Below, in pieces: positions 10,904 through 22,313 of a stretch of DNA of 64,000 nucleotides. This DNA comes from Pelagomonas calceolata (lineage: Eukaryota), in the NCBI GenBank assembly GCA_918797485.1, contig CAKKNE010000003.1:1674001-1738000 (forward strand), read 5' to 3'. Under the pieces are notes generated by a model, which did not search any database, was not told the origin of the DNA, and was given only the letters and a program-made list of their open reading frames with translations. The position numbers and the translations under genes are program-made. Each line of letters begins with the position of its first letter. Positions within the stretch are counted from its first letter, which is position 1.

Positions 10904-13900
10904 TTAAACCAACCGTATCCCTGTGTGCTGCTCCACGAGCACGACGACGGCCCGCGCGTCCGCCGCCGTCTCGGCATCATCGAGGGCTTCGGCGACGCCC
11001 TGCACCAATTGATTGGCGAAGTCGGCGACGTCCTCCCGCAACGCGTCGCAGATGGCGCGCACGGCGTTCAGGGACGCGCGCCGCGTGCCGACGGTGCCGT
11101 CGCGCGCGAGCAGCATGAGCTTCAGCGCGAAGTCGCGCCGTTTGGGCACGTCCTGGACGCGCTCGGCGACCGCGGCACAAGCTGGTGATAAAGCCTTCGA
11201 GGCGTGACGTAAAAACGAAGCGCGGTCCGGCCAGACGTCTGCGGAATGCGTCAACGCCGCGACGAGGCCCTCCACACAACAGTCGCAGCGGTCCGCGTCG
11301 AGTTTCTCGGGCAAGTGAGCCACGACCTCGGCCATCGCGCTTGCCGACCTAGCTGCCAGCAGGCGTTGCGTCGAAGCGTCGCCAGCACCACCCTGGACGT
11401 CGCGCGCCAGCCTTTCGAGGGAACTGTCGGCGATGCGCGGCGCCGCGAGCTGGCGGAACCGTTTCGCGAGCGTGGCCAGGTGGAGCGCCGCGTAGGCTTT
11501 ACGCCTCGCGGAGGCATCCTCGTCGGAAGGTGCGGCGACGAGCGACCCGTCCTTCGACGGCAGACTACCGTCCGGTGCTGCCGCGGCCCAGTGCTCCGCG
11601 GCCCTTAGCCAATCGACGAGCTCGCCCTCGGACAGCTTCGCGAGGAGCGCGAGCGATAATTCGACGCAGGCTGATTCCACACTTGATCTATCGTCCAACC
11701 TTGAACAGGCGTCGTGCGACCCTAAAGCCAGAGTCGCTATTTGCGCCGCGTGCGCCTTGGCCGCGCCTCTACCACATTTGTCCACGCAGACTTTCGTGAG
11801 CCTTAAAGCCGCCGCCGGCGCGCCGTCCGACGAAGAAGCCCAGGCCCGTCCTGTACATGATACGTAGGCGGGGACGAGGAGTCGCGGCTCGACGCCGGAC
11901 GCAAGCGCCCGCGCGACGCGACGCGCAGTTCTAGCTTCATCCCCATTGAGGTCGTCCTCGTCGTCCGAGTCTAGAGCAGGCTGTACGAGTAAGTCCACGC
12001 TCGTCTGGGACGAAGACCGCTTCGCCTCGACGTCTACCACAATATCCAATATAGAATCGAGATGAGGATGTAGAAACTGCGGCACCGCCGCACTGAGCAC
12101 GACTAAGGCATCTAAGGCCGCGCGTCTCAACTCAACGTGCACTCGACCAGGTTTCCGTAAAGCTGATGCACAGCCCGCCACGAACTTAGGTAAAGCAGCG
12201 GGCAGCGCCGGTAACGACGCCTCCCGCAGCGTCGCAAACAGCGTCTGCAGCAGCCGGAAGCAGGCCGCGCACCTTTCAGACGTGTCGACGTTGGCCTCTG
12301 CAGCTAATGAGGCCGACTCCAGGACCGAGGTGAACGCCCTTTTCGCGCTCGGCGGGGCCAAAGGCGTCGCCAGTGCTCTCGCTAGGACATCCGCACAGCG
12401 CGTCGCGACGACGGCCGCGTGCTTCGAGTCCTCGTCCGCATCGTCGACGTCCGACCTGATGGCTTGGGCGACCCTTGGTAAAGTTTCCTCGAGGAGCACT
12501 CGTGCTAGCGCCGACGGCTCGGACCGATCATCATAGAGAGGTTGGGCGTCCAGCCGCTCCGCGAGGGCCTCTAGAGCGGCCTCGCGGACGTGCCGCGGCT
12601 GGTTTACTGAAAGCGCTCGTTCCAAGAAGGATAATAACCCCGGCGCGTCGACGAGGCCCAGTGATCGTCGCAAGGCTCGCGCGTACGCCCGGGCACACGC
12701 CGCAAAGGACTGTTGTGAACATTCATCTCCACCGATGGGGGACTGGTCCTCGGCCTCCAATCGCGACGCGGTCGAGTAGGCCCGCGGGCGCGCTTCTTCC
12801 TGTGATACGCCATAAGGCAATGACGCCAACGCTGCGGAGAGCGCCTGGCAGAGCGCCAACCTTCTACGTTGTTGCTGGGGGTTCGATTCGACAATTTGCG
12901 GCTTCTTCTTGCCCTGGCCCGGTCTCCTACGGCGTTTCTTGCCCGTTGCGACGTGGGGCGTTTCTTTTTGTAAGGCGAAGACCCGCCGCCGACAGAACCC
13001 GGCGACGACCGCCGCCAGCGCCAACGAAGCCCCTCTCCGGTTGCAGACGTCCCGGACCCTCACGAGCGGCAGGCACGCCTCTTCCATGAACTCGTCGTCG
13101 AGAGCGGCCTGGACCAATGGTCTTGAACAGCGTGCAAGATGCCCCAGCGCGTCGATTTGCGATTCCCGGTCGGTCCTCCTCAAGACGTTCTCGGCGGCGC
13201 GGTCGCGCTGCCTTTGCAGTAATCCTAGGACGACGGCCGCGATGCCTTTCCCGTCGCCCTCGTCATCTAAAGCAGACGCGCAGGCTGCGAGTAAAGCCCC
13301 GTCGTCGTCGTTATCCGATGAGGCCGCGGCGACAACTAACAAAGGTGGCCGCTCGTAGCCTCGGATCGCGGCCCGCGCGATCCGCGATGCCGTCGCGGCG
13401 TCGCCATTTCGAGCGGCCTGCAGCCAGGCCTCCCAGGCGCCGTCGCAGGCGCACCGTTCTAGCAGAGCCGCCAACGCTCTCAAAGCGTCGTCCGTGCCGA
13501 TGCGAGCCAAGACGTCCGCGTCCGCGGCGCCGACGCCCGCGACGTCCGCATGTGAAGTCAAAGCGTCCTCGAGCGCGTTCAGTAGGCGCTTCAGCGTGAA
13601 CGACGTGTCCTCTTTGCCCTCTTGAAAACCGCTGGAAGTTGCGATGCGATCCAGCAGGTATTGTTTTTTCGGCGGCGCGGCGGGCGCGAGCCTCTTGATC
13701 GCGGCGCAGAGCGGTCGACAGGAAGATTGAGATGAAGACGCGTCCAGCAAAGCGTCGGCGTCGCCGCAGAAACCCGCGACGTCGGACCTACGTAAAGCCG
13801 CCGCCCACGCGCGCGGCCAATCATTTTTATTGGCTATTGATGCGCAGGCGGCCTGGACGTCGGTTCTTTTGACTTGGAGGTCGTCGCGCTTCAACAAACC

Positions 13901-16531
13901 TAATAGAGCGGCAAATAACCGCGAGCGCTCTCCATCACCAAGGGACAGTCGCGGCAGAAAACGCACGGCCACTGCCGCGCAATCCATTGATAAAGCCGCG
14001 AGGCACCTCCCTTCAACACGATCGTTCTCAGCGTCGTCTACCTCGTTATCACAGCAGGCTTGCAGGAACGTCGCCAATAGATAAGTGGCGCATTTTTCAG
14101 AACCAAGGGTCGTCTTCACTACTGGTGTTTTCTTGGGCGAGGTCCGGCTATTCGTTAGCGAGCGGCGCTTCTTCTTGGCGGGTGGCTTTGCTTCGTCGGT
14201 CCCGAGTACAGCATCTAAAGCGGTCGACGCGCTCGCCGACCACGGTATTGATGAAGCGAACGCCTCGAGCAAAGCGAGCGCTAATTGACGGTCGCCCTCG
14301 TCACGAGACCAACAACTCAACATGTCCGCATCAAAAATCTCCTCCAGTTGACCGTTTTTTAGTGCCGCTTCCACGGCGCGCCGGATCGTCTCGCGATCGT
14401 CCGCGATGGCCGCCTCGCGGCCTTTTACTAATGATGAAATCGGGGCGCAGTCTACGGCTTTGTGAGTTGCGCTCAGGCGCGTCTGCGCGTCGGCGTGGGC
14501 CAGACCCACCAATAAAGGCGCCGCCGCGGTCTGATCCATCGTGGACAGCGAATCTAAAGCGCCGCGCAGGCCTTTACATGCGCCTGCCGCGGCCCGGGCC
14601 GCCTCCGTCGCGTCCGCGAAGCACACCTCGATCACAGTTAATGGCGTCGCTTTCTCGGCCTCGAGGCGCGCCAGGCAGAACGGTATCGATTCTTCCTTAC
14701 TAAGAACGCGCAGCGCCGCCTCTAGACAATCGTCCGCGCTTCCATTCGATAAAGCGGCACTTGCATGGCGCGCCGTCGCCTCGTCTTTAGTTGTTGTGAG
14801 GTACGCGGCGACGGCCGGGGCCCAGACCGTACAAGCGGCCAGGCGCGAGGCACACTGCGAAGCAAGATCATCTAAGAACCCCGCGGCACCTTGGGCGTCG
14901 CCGCGCGCGACGCATAAAAAGAGCGCCGGCGCCTCGCAGGCCTCCATGACTTCTGAAGCGTCCTCGCCACTGAGACAGGCCTCGGCGCAGACCAAGGCGC
15001 GTTCCGTGTCGCCCGCGCGAAAATGACGGGTAGATCGCCGCGCACAGACCACGCGCACCGCCTTTGACGACGCGTGGGCGACCAAGGAGGCGTCCGCGTC
15101 CGCAGCATCGACGAGGATGTCCTGCAGGCTCTCATGTGATGATATAGCGTCCAGGGAGGCCGGGAGCGCTTTGATGAGAGCAGAAGCCAGCGGCGCGTCC
15201 CTATCAATATCTCTGGCAGAAGCTGAGGCTAGTTTCGCGGCGTCGTCGAGAGCGTGGGTCTGGCCTCGACTCAACCTCAACGCTATCAACGACGCCGTCG
15301 TGCCGCCTTCCAATAACGAATCGGGCACGTCATTAGGGTCACATTTTCGCACGTATTCCTCCAGCAACGCGTCCCTCGATGCTCTTGGCGCCTCGTGTGC
15401 CAACGCCGCGACGATCCGAGGCGCGTGTCCTTCAAAAGAAGCCAATAATGACGTGGCTAAGTCAGAACCGCCACAAGCTAAAGGTACTAATTGCGGCGCC
15501 AGCATGGCCGCGCAGCTGAATCTGTCGGAAGCGAGCGCGTTTATGATCGAAGAAGCTTGTTCAGTCTGTAAAAAAGCCTGCAACACGCCGTCGGGGAGCT
15601 TGCCGTCGTCGCCCTTCTTCGACGCGCACAGCGTCAAAGCGACACCCAATTCTCGTGGACCCGCGTCGACGCGCAATAAAATAGCTTTCGAGGCGGCGTC
15701 GATGGCCGAGGACGTCAGGGCGCCGTGCGTCGCGGCAGCGAGTAAACACGCGGCCGCCGCCTGGCGCGCTTGTACGTCACCATCGTCGTCGAAGACCTTC
15801 GACAGGACGGGTAAAAGACGCCTTGCCAACTTTTTTGACCTAGATGACGCCAGAGCCGTGGACAAACAAGCCGCGCCGAAGGCGACGATTGGGGCATATA
15901 TCAGGGAGACGGCTTGTGCATCGCCGCCCTCTGAGATAGCGTCCCGACAGTCCTGTACTACAGAAACGATGGTGCTGTCCGCGAGGTCCTCGGCGAGCGC
16001 CGTGTCGGCCGCGCAATGCGCCGCGAATCCTACATTTTGCGTCTCCGTACTTATGTCGCGGGCCCAGCGCCAGCGCTGCGCTAATGAGTCGTGCGAGGCC
16101 GTCGCTGCTGCTTTGAAGGCGATCTTCGCCGCGGGTGCCACGTGGCAGTGCGGCGCCAGGGCGCGCAGCAGAGCGTCGCCGGCGCAACTTGTAGCGTCGC
16201 CCGTCTGCACGAGGGCTTCTAGAATAATAAGGCCGTCTTGCGACGCGCAGCACGGCGCGAGCGTCCGGATGAAGGCGTTCACGCGGCCGTCGTGCTTTTT
16301 GCGTTGTTCTGCGTCGAGCGTGGCCCGCTCGAAATCTAAGGCGTTTTCATCTAATAATTTGGCGCCGCGCTTCGTGAGTAGGGGCGCCAGCTGCGGGTGC
16401 GCGGCTTTCAGCCGGTCGAGCGCGGCTCTCGCGCTCGCTAACAAAGACGGCGCGTCGGCATTTTGTAAAAGGAGGAACTTGGCCTTGGCGCCGGCCTGTC
16501 TTGCTTCGCCGAAGCGCGGGAGGTCGGCCAT
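10904..16531 (-). CDS. UTP10: U3 snoRNP protein UTP10/HEATR1-like HEAT-repeat protein
   Basis: ~1875 aa helical ORF. N-terminal ERATLD...VNAFIRTLAP...LLRALAPH and C-terminal VAEALDD...VLVEQHTGIRL resemble the HEATR1 termini. Also PQFLHPHL and LAKLSEGEL (BP28CT-like). Confidence 0.7.
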   Translation of the reverse strand: MADLPRFGEARQAGAKAKFLLLQNADAPSLLASARAALDRLKAAHPQLAPLLTKRGAKLLDENALDFERATLDAEQRKKHDGRVNAFIRTLAPCCASQDGLIILEALVQTGDATSCAGDALLRALAPHCHVAPAAKIAFKAAATASHDSLAQRWRWARDISTETQNVGFAAHCAADTALAEDLADSTIVSVVQDCRDAISEGGDAQAVSLIYAPIVAFGAACLSTALASSRSKKLARRLLPVLSKVFDDDGDVQARQAAAACLLAAATHGALTSSAIDAASKAILLRVDAGPRELGVALTLCASKKGDDGKLPDGVLQAFLQTEQASSIINALASDRFSCAAMLAPQLVPLACGGSDLATSLLASFEGHAPRIVAALAHEAPRASRDALLEEYVRKCDPNDVPDSLLEGGTTASLIALRLSRGQTHALDDAAKLASASARDIDRDAPLASALIKALPASLDAISSHESLQDILVDAADADASLVAHASSKAVRVVCARRSTRHFRAGDTERALVCAEACLSGEDASEVMEACEAPALFLCVARGDAQGAAGFLDDLASQCASRLAACTVWAPAVAAYLTTTKDEATARHASAALSNGSADDCLEAALRVLSKEESIPFCLARLEAEKATPLTVIEVCFADATEAARAAAGACKGLRGALDSLSTMDQTAAAPLLVGLAHADAQTRLSATHKAVDCAPISSLVKGREAAIADDRETIRRAVEAALKNGQLEEIFDADMLSCWSRDEGDRQLALALLEAFASSIPWSASASTALDAVLGTDEAKPPAKKKRRSLTNSRTSPKKTPVVKTTLGSEKCATYLLATFLQACCDNEVDDAENDRVEGRCLAALSMDCAAVAVRFLPRLSLGDGERSRLFAALLGLLKRDDLQVKRTDVQAACASIANKNDWPRAWAAALRRSDVAGFCGDADALLDASSSQSSCRPLCAAIKRLAPAAPPKKQYLLDRIATSSGFQEGKEDTSFTLKRLLNALEDALTSHADVAGVGAADADVLARIGTDDALRALAALLERCACDGAWEAWLQAARNGDAATASRIARAAIRGYERPPLLVVAAASSDNDDDGALLAACASALDDEGDGKGIAAVVLGLLQRQRDRAAENVLRRTDRESQIDALGHLARCSRPLVQAALDDEFMEEACLPLVRVRDVCNRRGASLALAAVVAGFCRRRVFALQKETPHVATGKKRRRRPGQGKKKPQIVESNPQQQRRRLALCQALSAALASLPYGVSQEEARPRAYSTASRLEAEDQSPIGGDECSQQSFAACARAYARALRRSLGLVDAPGLLSFLERALSVNQPRHVREAALEALAERLDAQPLYDDRSEPSALARVLLEETLPRVAQAIRSDVDDADEDSKHAAVVATRCADVLARALATPLAPPSAKRAFTSVLESASLAAEANVDTSERCAACFRLLQTLFATLREASLPALPAALPKFVAGCASALRKPGRVHVELRRAALDALVVLSAAVPQFLHPHLDSILDIVVDVEAKRSSSQTSVDLLVQPALDSDDEDDLNGDEARTARRVARALASGVEPRLLVPAYVSCTGRAWASSSDGAPAAALRLTKVCVDKCGRGAAKAHAAQIATLALGSHDACSRLDDRSSVESACVELSLALLAKLSEGELVDWLRAAEHWAAAAPDGSLPSKDGSLVAAPSDEDASARRKAYAALHLATLAKRFRQLAAPRIADSSLERLARDVQGGAGDASTQRLLAARSASAMAEVVAHLPEKLDADRCDCCVEGLVAALTHSADVWPDRASFLRHASKALSPACAAVAERVQDVPKRRDFALKLMLLARDGTVGTRRASLNAVRAICDALREDVADFANQLVQGVAEALDDAETAADARAVVVLVEQHTGIRLV

Positions 16532-17078
16532 TACAGCACTGTGCTCTCGCTGCAGGGTGCCTCTCACTGCAGTTGTTGCAGAGCTGCTCGTTAGACGATG
16601 TAGCGTTGCAGCACTGATTGATAGCTTCGAAAAGAGCCGATAAGCCTGCAAAACGCCAGTCGCGCGTGCCGTATATGTGCGTCTCGCCCACAACTTCGAC
16701 TCTGTCAAAAGGTCACCCCGCACGAAATCACTCAATGCATTTTCACCACCGATCTACCGAGGACTCCCTCCCACGACGTCCTGTGCAAAGGCGCGCAGCC
16801 CCCTAGTGGCTTTCGTTCCGGCCGACCGATTTAGCTGATTTTGAGGCAGCCCTCGACGTTTGGTGGTAGCGCTGCCGTTGCGACAATCTAAGACCGGCAC
16901 AGAAGCGTCGGGCAGCTCCCGTCGACCGTGCGACACCGCCGCTTGACCGCCGCCGCGCTTCGTAAAGAGGCAGTTGCGAGGAGGCAGCCCCCATCAAACC
17001 GTGAGCACCCGATCCCCGGGTCACGCCACGACGTCCCTCAGTTCGCGCATAGGAAGCGCGATCGGCGGCGCGCCGACG

Positions 17079-19889
17079 ATGCCGCTCCAAGAAATTTCAG
17101 CTAATGTGCCGCGCGGCCCGCGGACATCAGACGTACCCATAAAAAAATCGGCAGTCTGCCACACGCCCGCGCCCACGAAGACCGCACCGATCAATTCCAA
17201 GCCGAAGAAGGCGCCGCGGCGCAAGAAGCTGTCGGCGAAGTGGCTGTTTGATGCAAGCATGCTGAGCAGCCCGATGGACCTCTCGCCTCTCGTGTCAATG
17301 TCGCTGGACGCTCCTGAAGATGTCGTCGGAGAGTCCGGGCTGCTGAAGCGCATGGTCAAGACCGTGCTGAACGGTCCTGGAGTGAGGAATCGCGTCGGTA
17401 GGCAAGCTCGACTCGATGTACTTGCGATTATGGCAAATTGTGCCCTGACCACGGATCCCGTGCGGAAAGCCGCCGTGCAAGATGCGCTCATGGACGTCAC
17501 GGAGTGGTTTGATGAATATATGGCCGAAGAAGGCAACGAGATGGATCGCAGTACCGAGGAAACCCCGGAGCCTGAATTGCATAAAGCCATGCTTGTACTT
17601 TTGTGTCGGGCCTTCGACTACAAGCTCAAGACCGAGGACTTGCTGGAGTTGTGTCGAGGGCATAGAAAGCTGGCCCTGGAGACGGTCACGGGTCTGTTGG
17701 AGGACGGCGAAGCTTTGGCCACGGGAGTAGCTCAGAAGAATGCGGCGTCCGAGCATGAGCGGGCGGTCTGGGAGAAGGTCGTCGTGAGTCAAAAGTGGGA
17801 GCGGTCACTGATCGCCCAGACCTGTGGGCTGCTGCGAGGGTTCACGCATCCGTCGACGTACTTCAAGGCCCTCGACGAGGGCTTTTATTTTCTCGAGTGT
17901 GGGGTGGACCTACCGGAACACTCGGTGGAGCAGTTCACGGTCGAGATGCAGGGGTTGTTGGCCGTGACCATGAATCAAAGATTAGTAGAGAAGCTGTCCT
18001 ACGCATTGCATGATGCCCTGTTCGAGGGGGAGATGCGCATCCTCACGAATAAGGAACATGCGGCCATTATCGCGGCTCATACATTCTTGCAAAATCTATA
18101 CTTGTATGGAGGTTCGACGACGGTCATGGCTGAATTATATAGGACCCATTTAATATGTGATACGGTGCTTGTTCCTCATCTAGTGCTACCTTACTTGGAG
18201 CGATGTGTCCACCACGCCCAGGTCTTACATCGACGCCATCTCGCGTCGAAGGACGCTTTGAAAATACTGGGACCGGAGTGCGCGTCGATTGTCGACGACG
18301 TCACGGCGCGGGACATGGACGATCCCGCATTAACGCACGGCATCGCCGCGACGTTGCGGACCTTGGTGATTGCTACATTTAGAACGCCGCGCACGCGGGT
18401 CATGTTCCAAATTTTGCGGAGGTTCAACCCGACTTCAGCACTCATGGAGATGAAAACATTTGTCGCTAGACACGAGTACGTCTTTGTACTATTGCTACAG
18501 CTGAACGTGAACATGGGCTCCTTCGACGTGTCGCGAGAAGCGATGGCCGAGAATGTGGAAGATGTCTACCGGGGCTTTACGTTGTTACAGGAAGTAGCTT
18601 CGATCTATGCATCGATGGACGACGAGAGAAAGAGGAAAGTGCTCAGAAGGTTGGAGCAGTCTGGGGCATTGCCGGTAGCGAGGGATACGCCGTCTTATAC
18701 CGCATTGACGAACTTGCTGTGGGGCGGCGGTGGTGGGCAGCTCGACTACCTGCGGGAGGCGCATAGTCAAGCCGTGAAAATCTGTGTGGAAATCAAATGT
18801 CGCGGCGCATCTCCACGCCATCGACGCGACGCCTGCTCGACGGCGTGGCGGTGTCGGTTCCTCACCGCACACCCGACACATTGGTTTATTTCCACACAGG
18901 TGAAGATGATGGAGGCGGAACTCGACGACGTCATCACGGACTCCGACGAGTCCTACTACTCCGGGCATTCGGAGGATGAAATGACTCAGTGTGACCCATT
19001 GGGCGAGACGTCGCACTTCCAGGACCTGCGGCGGCAGGCGAAGGCCGACGCTTTACGAAGGGTTCAAGAGGGGCGAGAGCGGGAGGAGGAGAAGTTCTGG
19101 GACCAGGACGACGATCGCATTCCATCAAATGACGATGGTGACCTGGGCTTGCAACTCACGGCGCGGGAGCCTGTCATGATGAAGCTGTCTGAGTGTCTGA
19201 ATGAGGTGCCACCAACCCCAAGACTGAAGAAGCCGGGAAGAGTATCACCCGACGCCCCGCGCAAGACCCCGGACTCGAGACCAAGGTCGCCGGTGGTCTT
19301 CGAGGCGCGGCCGCCGAGTCGCTGCCCGCCACCGGACTTTGGCGAGAAGAAGTCCATGCTCGGCGACTTGCCTGCCTTGGATAAAAAGAAGAAGAGGAAA
19401 AAAAAGAAAAAATCGACGAAGAAAGAACTTGAAGCGTTCATGAGTTTGGAGCTCGAGGTGCCCCTCCAGCAGTTACATGCGAAGAACGCGGCTGCGGGCG
19501 AGAGACAACGGAGATTGGGGTACATTAATGACGGCAAGACGGTCAGTTCACCTACTACTGGTAAGAACATGGAGGACGGGCGCGTGCCGAAGCATTTGTG
19601 CTGCTGCATCAACGGCCACTTGATGCGGGATCCCGTCTTCTGTGCGAAGTTTCCTGCGAAATATCGGTGCTCTTATGAGCGCGAGACCATCGAGTTGTGG
19701 CTCAAAACACGCGGAAGTGTTTGCCCCATCACGGGTCGCAACTTGTCATTGGAGGATTTGGAGCCGGACACGCAACTGCGGAACGAGATCGTGCGCTTTC
19801 AAGTACAACGGACGATGGCCGCCGCGGATCCTTTTGATGCATTAAATGAGGACAAGGCGTCGGGCGGCGACGACTTGTACGACTTCTGA
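17079..19889 (+). CDS. U-box domain protein (putative E3 ligase); introner intron 18774-18899
   Basis: C-terminal VPKHLCCCINGHLMRDPV...YERETIELWL...CPITG...LEPDTQLRNEI is a U-box. The 126-bp intron is in frame. Confidence 0.8.
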   Translation: MPLQEISANVPRGPRTSDVPIKKSAVCHTPAPTKTAPINSKPKKAPRRKKLSAKWLFDASMLSSPMDLSPLVSMSLDAPEDVVGESGLLKRMVKTVLNGPGVRNRVGRQARLDVLAIMANCALTTDPVRKAAVQDALMDVTEWFDEYMAEEGNEMDRSTEETPEPELHKAMLVLLCRAFDYKLKTEDLLELCRGHRKLALETVTGLLEDGEALATGVAQKNAASEHERAVWEKVVVSQKWERSLIAQTCGLLRGFTHPSTYFKALDEGFYFLECGVDLPEHSVEQFTVEMQGLLAVTMNQRLVEKLSYALHDALFEGEMRILTNKEHAAIIAAHTFLQNLYLYGGSTTVMAELYRTHLICDTVLVPHLVLPYLERCVHHAQVLHRRHLASKDALKILGPECASIVDDVTARDMDDPALTHGIAATLRTLVIATFRTPRTRVMFQILRRFNPTSALMEMKTFVARHEYVFVLLLQLNVNMGSFDVSREAMAENVEDVYRGFTLLQEVASIYASMDDERKRKVLRRLEQSGALPVARDTPSYTALTNLLWGGGGGQLDYLREAHSQAVKICVEIKCRGASPRHRRDACSTAWRCRFLTAHPTHWFISTQVKMMEAELDDVITDSDESYYSGHSEDEMTQCDPLGETSHFQDLRRQAKADALRRVQEGREREEEKFWDQDDDRIPSNDDGDLGLQLTAREPVMMKLSECLNEVPPTPRLKKPGRVSPDAPRKTPDSRPRSPVVFEARPPSRCPPPDFGEKKSMLGDLPALDKKKKRKKKKKSTKKELEAFMSLELEVPLQQLHAKNAAAGERQRRLGYINDGKTVSSPTTGKNMEDGRVPKHLCCCINGHLMRDPVFCAKFPAKYRCSYERETIELWLKTRGSVCPITGRNLSLEDLEPDTQLRNEIVRFQVQRTMAAADPFDALNEDKASGGDDLYDF
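18782..18899 (+). mobile_element. Introner-like TIR element IE1
   Basis: CTGTGTGGAAATCAA...TTTATTTCCACACAG; TSD gtgaaaat (18774-81) / gtgaagat (18900-07). Confidence 0.9.
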
Positions 19890-20610
19890 GTAAGCTTCTT
19901 TTGGCTAGTAGTGCTCCCGTGCATATTGCCACGGTGCTGGGACTTCTAGCTGGGACTAGTGGGCGGAGCCCCTGGGGGGGGAGACACCGCGCGTCGCCGA
20001 GGGGGCTCCATGCTCGTAGTGGCAGCGCCAATCGTCTTCGAATCGCCAACAGAGCTCACAACCCCGCCAGAGGTGGTACATCGCCGGGCAGACCGCTCCC
20101 TTTTCTCGTTTTCGTCAAAAGTCGCCTTTCGTGCGGGCGGCATCCTTGTCACGTTTTCGATAAGACGCCCGTGCCGCGAGCGGGTACACAGCAGCGTCCG
20201 TTTGCATTGGAGTCGCTTCTACACGCTTCCAGACGCGGCCCGGTCGCGCGAGGGCTGCCCGCGCCGAGCCAAGCCCATCACCTGAGTAGCGAGCACCCCA
20301 GCGCCGCCGAAGGCATTGGCGCGGCGGCGCGGGCGCACCTGGTATGGGAAGTGAGCATGCGCGCGGCAACCGGAGGCGCCGCGGCCGCTGCTCCGCCGCG
20401 GGCTCCACTGGGGGCTCCGCGGTCGGTTCCGAAGTAGACTACGACAGTAGACTACGGCTTGGTCGGCTCGGCGTGCTGCGCCGCGCACCGGCGCAGCGTG
20501 CTCCCGGACGGCGCACGCGTCGCGTCGGACGATGCGTCGGACAGCCGCTGAGACGAAGCGAGCGCGACGAAGAGGCCACTGACGCGCCCCCCCCCGCAGG
20601 TCGGTCCAGG

Positions 20611-21534
20611 ATGTCGTTCCTCTTCGACGACAGCTACTATAAGATCGGCAAGAATGGCGTATCGCCGGCCCAGAACATGTGCGCCTACCTCGGCGGGAGC
20701 GCCATCCAAACCGTCGGCGACAACCCCGTGACGGCCTACCGCCAGCTCGTGCAGCAGTACGCCAAGGACGTCAACGGGAACACGGTGGCGCCCAAGGTGG
20801 CCGTGGGCGAGGCGAACGCGACGTTCCGGGCGAACCCCATCGGGGCGTCGCTGTCGGGCCTGTGGCCGCGGTTGATCGGCGTGCTCCTGAAACGCGTCCC
20901 CAAGTTCGGCTTCCTGCTGGGCTACTCGCACTTCGTCGGCGAGGGCACGCCGGGCTTCGCGGCGGCGACGTGCGCCTCTATTTGTAGTGCGCCGTTCATC
21001 AACCCCGTGCGACTCGTCGAGAAGCAGCAGCGGGCCTACTTCAAGCAGACGGGCCAGGCGAAGCCCGTCGGCGAGATTTTGAGGGAGTCGGCGGCCAAGA
21101 ACTTCCTGCCGCTGTTTCGGGGCACGATCCCGCTCATGGGCCACTCGCTCGCGTCGGCGATGCTCGGTTTGGTCGGCCAGCCGCGCCTGCAAAAGTACGT
21201 ACAGAAGGAGCTCGGGGCTTCCGGTAGTTTATCGGGCACGGCGACGAATTTGGTCGCGTCGGCCGTCGTCTCGCCCATCTACGTCGTCGTGACGAACCCC
21301 CTCTCGCGCCTCGAGGTGATCATGCAGACGAACTCGCTGAAGGGCAAGAGCATCGGCGCCGTCGCGGCGGTGCAGGAGCTCGGCGCGGACATGGCCAAGT
21401 TCGGGCTGTCGGGCATCTTCCGCGGCCAGGGTATTGGGATCGCCAAGGCCATCGTGTCGCTGACGCTCTTCCACGAGGGGCGGATCTACCTCACGAACCA
21501 GTTCAAGGCGTACAACCTGAAGAAGCTCGACTGA
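20611..21534 (+). CDS. Mitochondrial carrier (SLC25) family protein
   Basis: Three P-x-x-x-x-x-x repeat motifs (NPVTAYRQ, NPVRLVEK, NPLSRLEV) and LFRG/IFRG motifs. Probable 5'UTR intron acceptor at 20599 (CACTGAC branch point, CCCCGCAG). Confidence 0.8.
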   Translation: MSFLFDDSYYKIGKNGVSPAQNMCAYLGGSAIQTVGDNPVTAYRQLVQQYAKDVNGNTVAPKVAVGEANATFRANPIGASLSGLWPRLIGVLLKRVPKFGFLLGYSHFVGEGTPGFAAATCASICSAPFINPVRLVEKQQRAYFKQTGQAKPVGEILRESAAKNFLPLFRGTIPLMGHSLASAMLGLVGQPRLQKYVQKELGASGSLSGTATNLVASAVVSPIYVVVTNPLSRLEVIMQTNSLKGKSIGAVAAVQELGADMAKFGLSGIFRGQGIGIAKAIVSLTLFHEGRIYLTNQFKAYNLKKLD

Positions 21535-21737
21535 GCGTAGTGTGTCCCCCCCTCCCCTCGTCTCCCCCTCTCACGACGTAAGAAATTCTCCGAGTAGTAT
21601 CATCGCCGCGTCTTTCGTCGTCGCGTGCTTCCGTCTGCGTAGAATCGCCTCCTTGTGCGCGTCTTGGGCGGTAATGAACAATGCGGGTTTCGTCAAAACC
21701 GGCGGCCCGGTATAGGTGATGTCCCCGGCAATTTTAG

Positions 21738-21757
21738 CTAGCGTTGTCAGACACTAG
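21738..21757 (+). promoter_or_regulatory. Upstream CTAG-bounded motif, copy 2
   Basis: ctagcgttgtcagacactag, ~195 bp upstream of the SEM1 ATG. Confidence 0.5.
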
Positions 21758-21950
21758 CAAGCCAGGCGCGGCCGCCGAGCCGCGCTTAAGCCATAGACGT
21801 CACTGCGCACGCAAATCGCTGCGGAGACAAGAAACTGTGTTGCTACTGACGCACTCAGGCCAACTCTTTGCTGTCCCGCGCCGCTCTGCAAGCCAAAGCT
21901 ATCTCTGGTCAAAACACCACTGTCCAGCAGAGGACCAGCAGAGGACCACC

Positions 21951-22304
21951 ATGAGCGACAAGCCCAAGGCCGACGCGGCCAAGGCGGACGCGAAGAAACC
22001 AGCGGTACAAAGCGGCGCGAAAACCGACGCGCGCGCGCCCATGCATGATCGACGCGACATCGACGCGGCGGCGACCCGCTCCCCCACGCAGGAAAATAAA
22101 CCAGCCGAGAAGCGCAAGCCCGACTACGAGGTCTACGAGGAGGATGATGAATTTGAGGAATTCGCCCAGGACAACTGGGACGCGGCCGCCGAGGACGCCG
22201 AGGACCCCAAGCTGTGGCAGGACGACTGGGACGACGACGACGTGGATGATGATTTTTGCAGGCACCTGCGGGAGGAGCTCCAGAAGCCCGTCGAGAAGAA
22301 TTAA
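21951..22304 (+). CDS. SEM1: 26S proteasome subunit SEM1/DSS1; probable in-frame intron 22005-22091
   Basis: EEDDEFEEF...W...LWQDDWDDDDVDDDFCRHLREEL is the DSS1 signature; GT..CAG 87-bp segment. Confidence 0.9.
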   Translation: MSDKPKADAAKADAKKPAVQSGAKTDARAPMHDRRDIDAAATRSPTQENKPAEKRKPDYEVYEEDDEFEEFAQDNWDAAAEDAEDPKLWQDDWDDDDVDDDFCRHLREELQKPVEKN

Positions 22305-22313
22305 ATACTAGTA

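Noticed and set aside
15117..16643. Long antisense and alternative-frame ORFs (e.g. 508 aa here, 54441-55967, 60514-61725)
   Set aside because: These are shadows of real genes caused by high GC3, with Arg/Ala/Ser-rich composition and no motifs.
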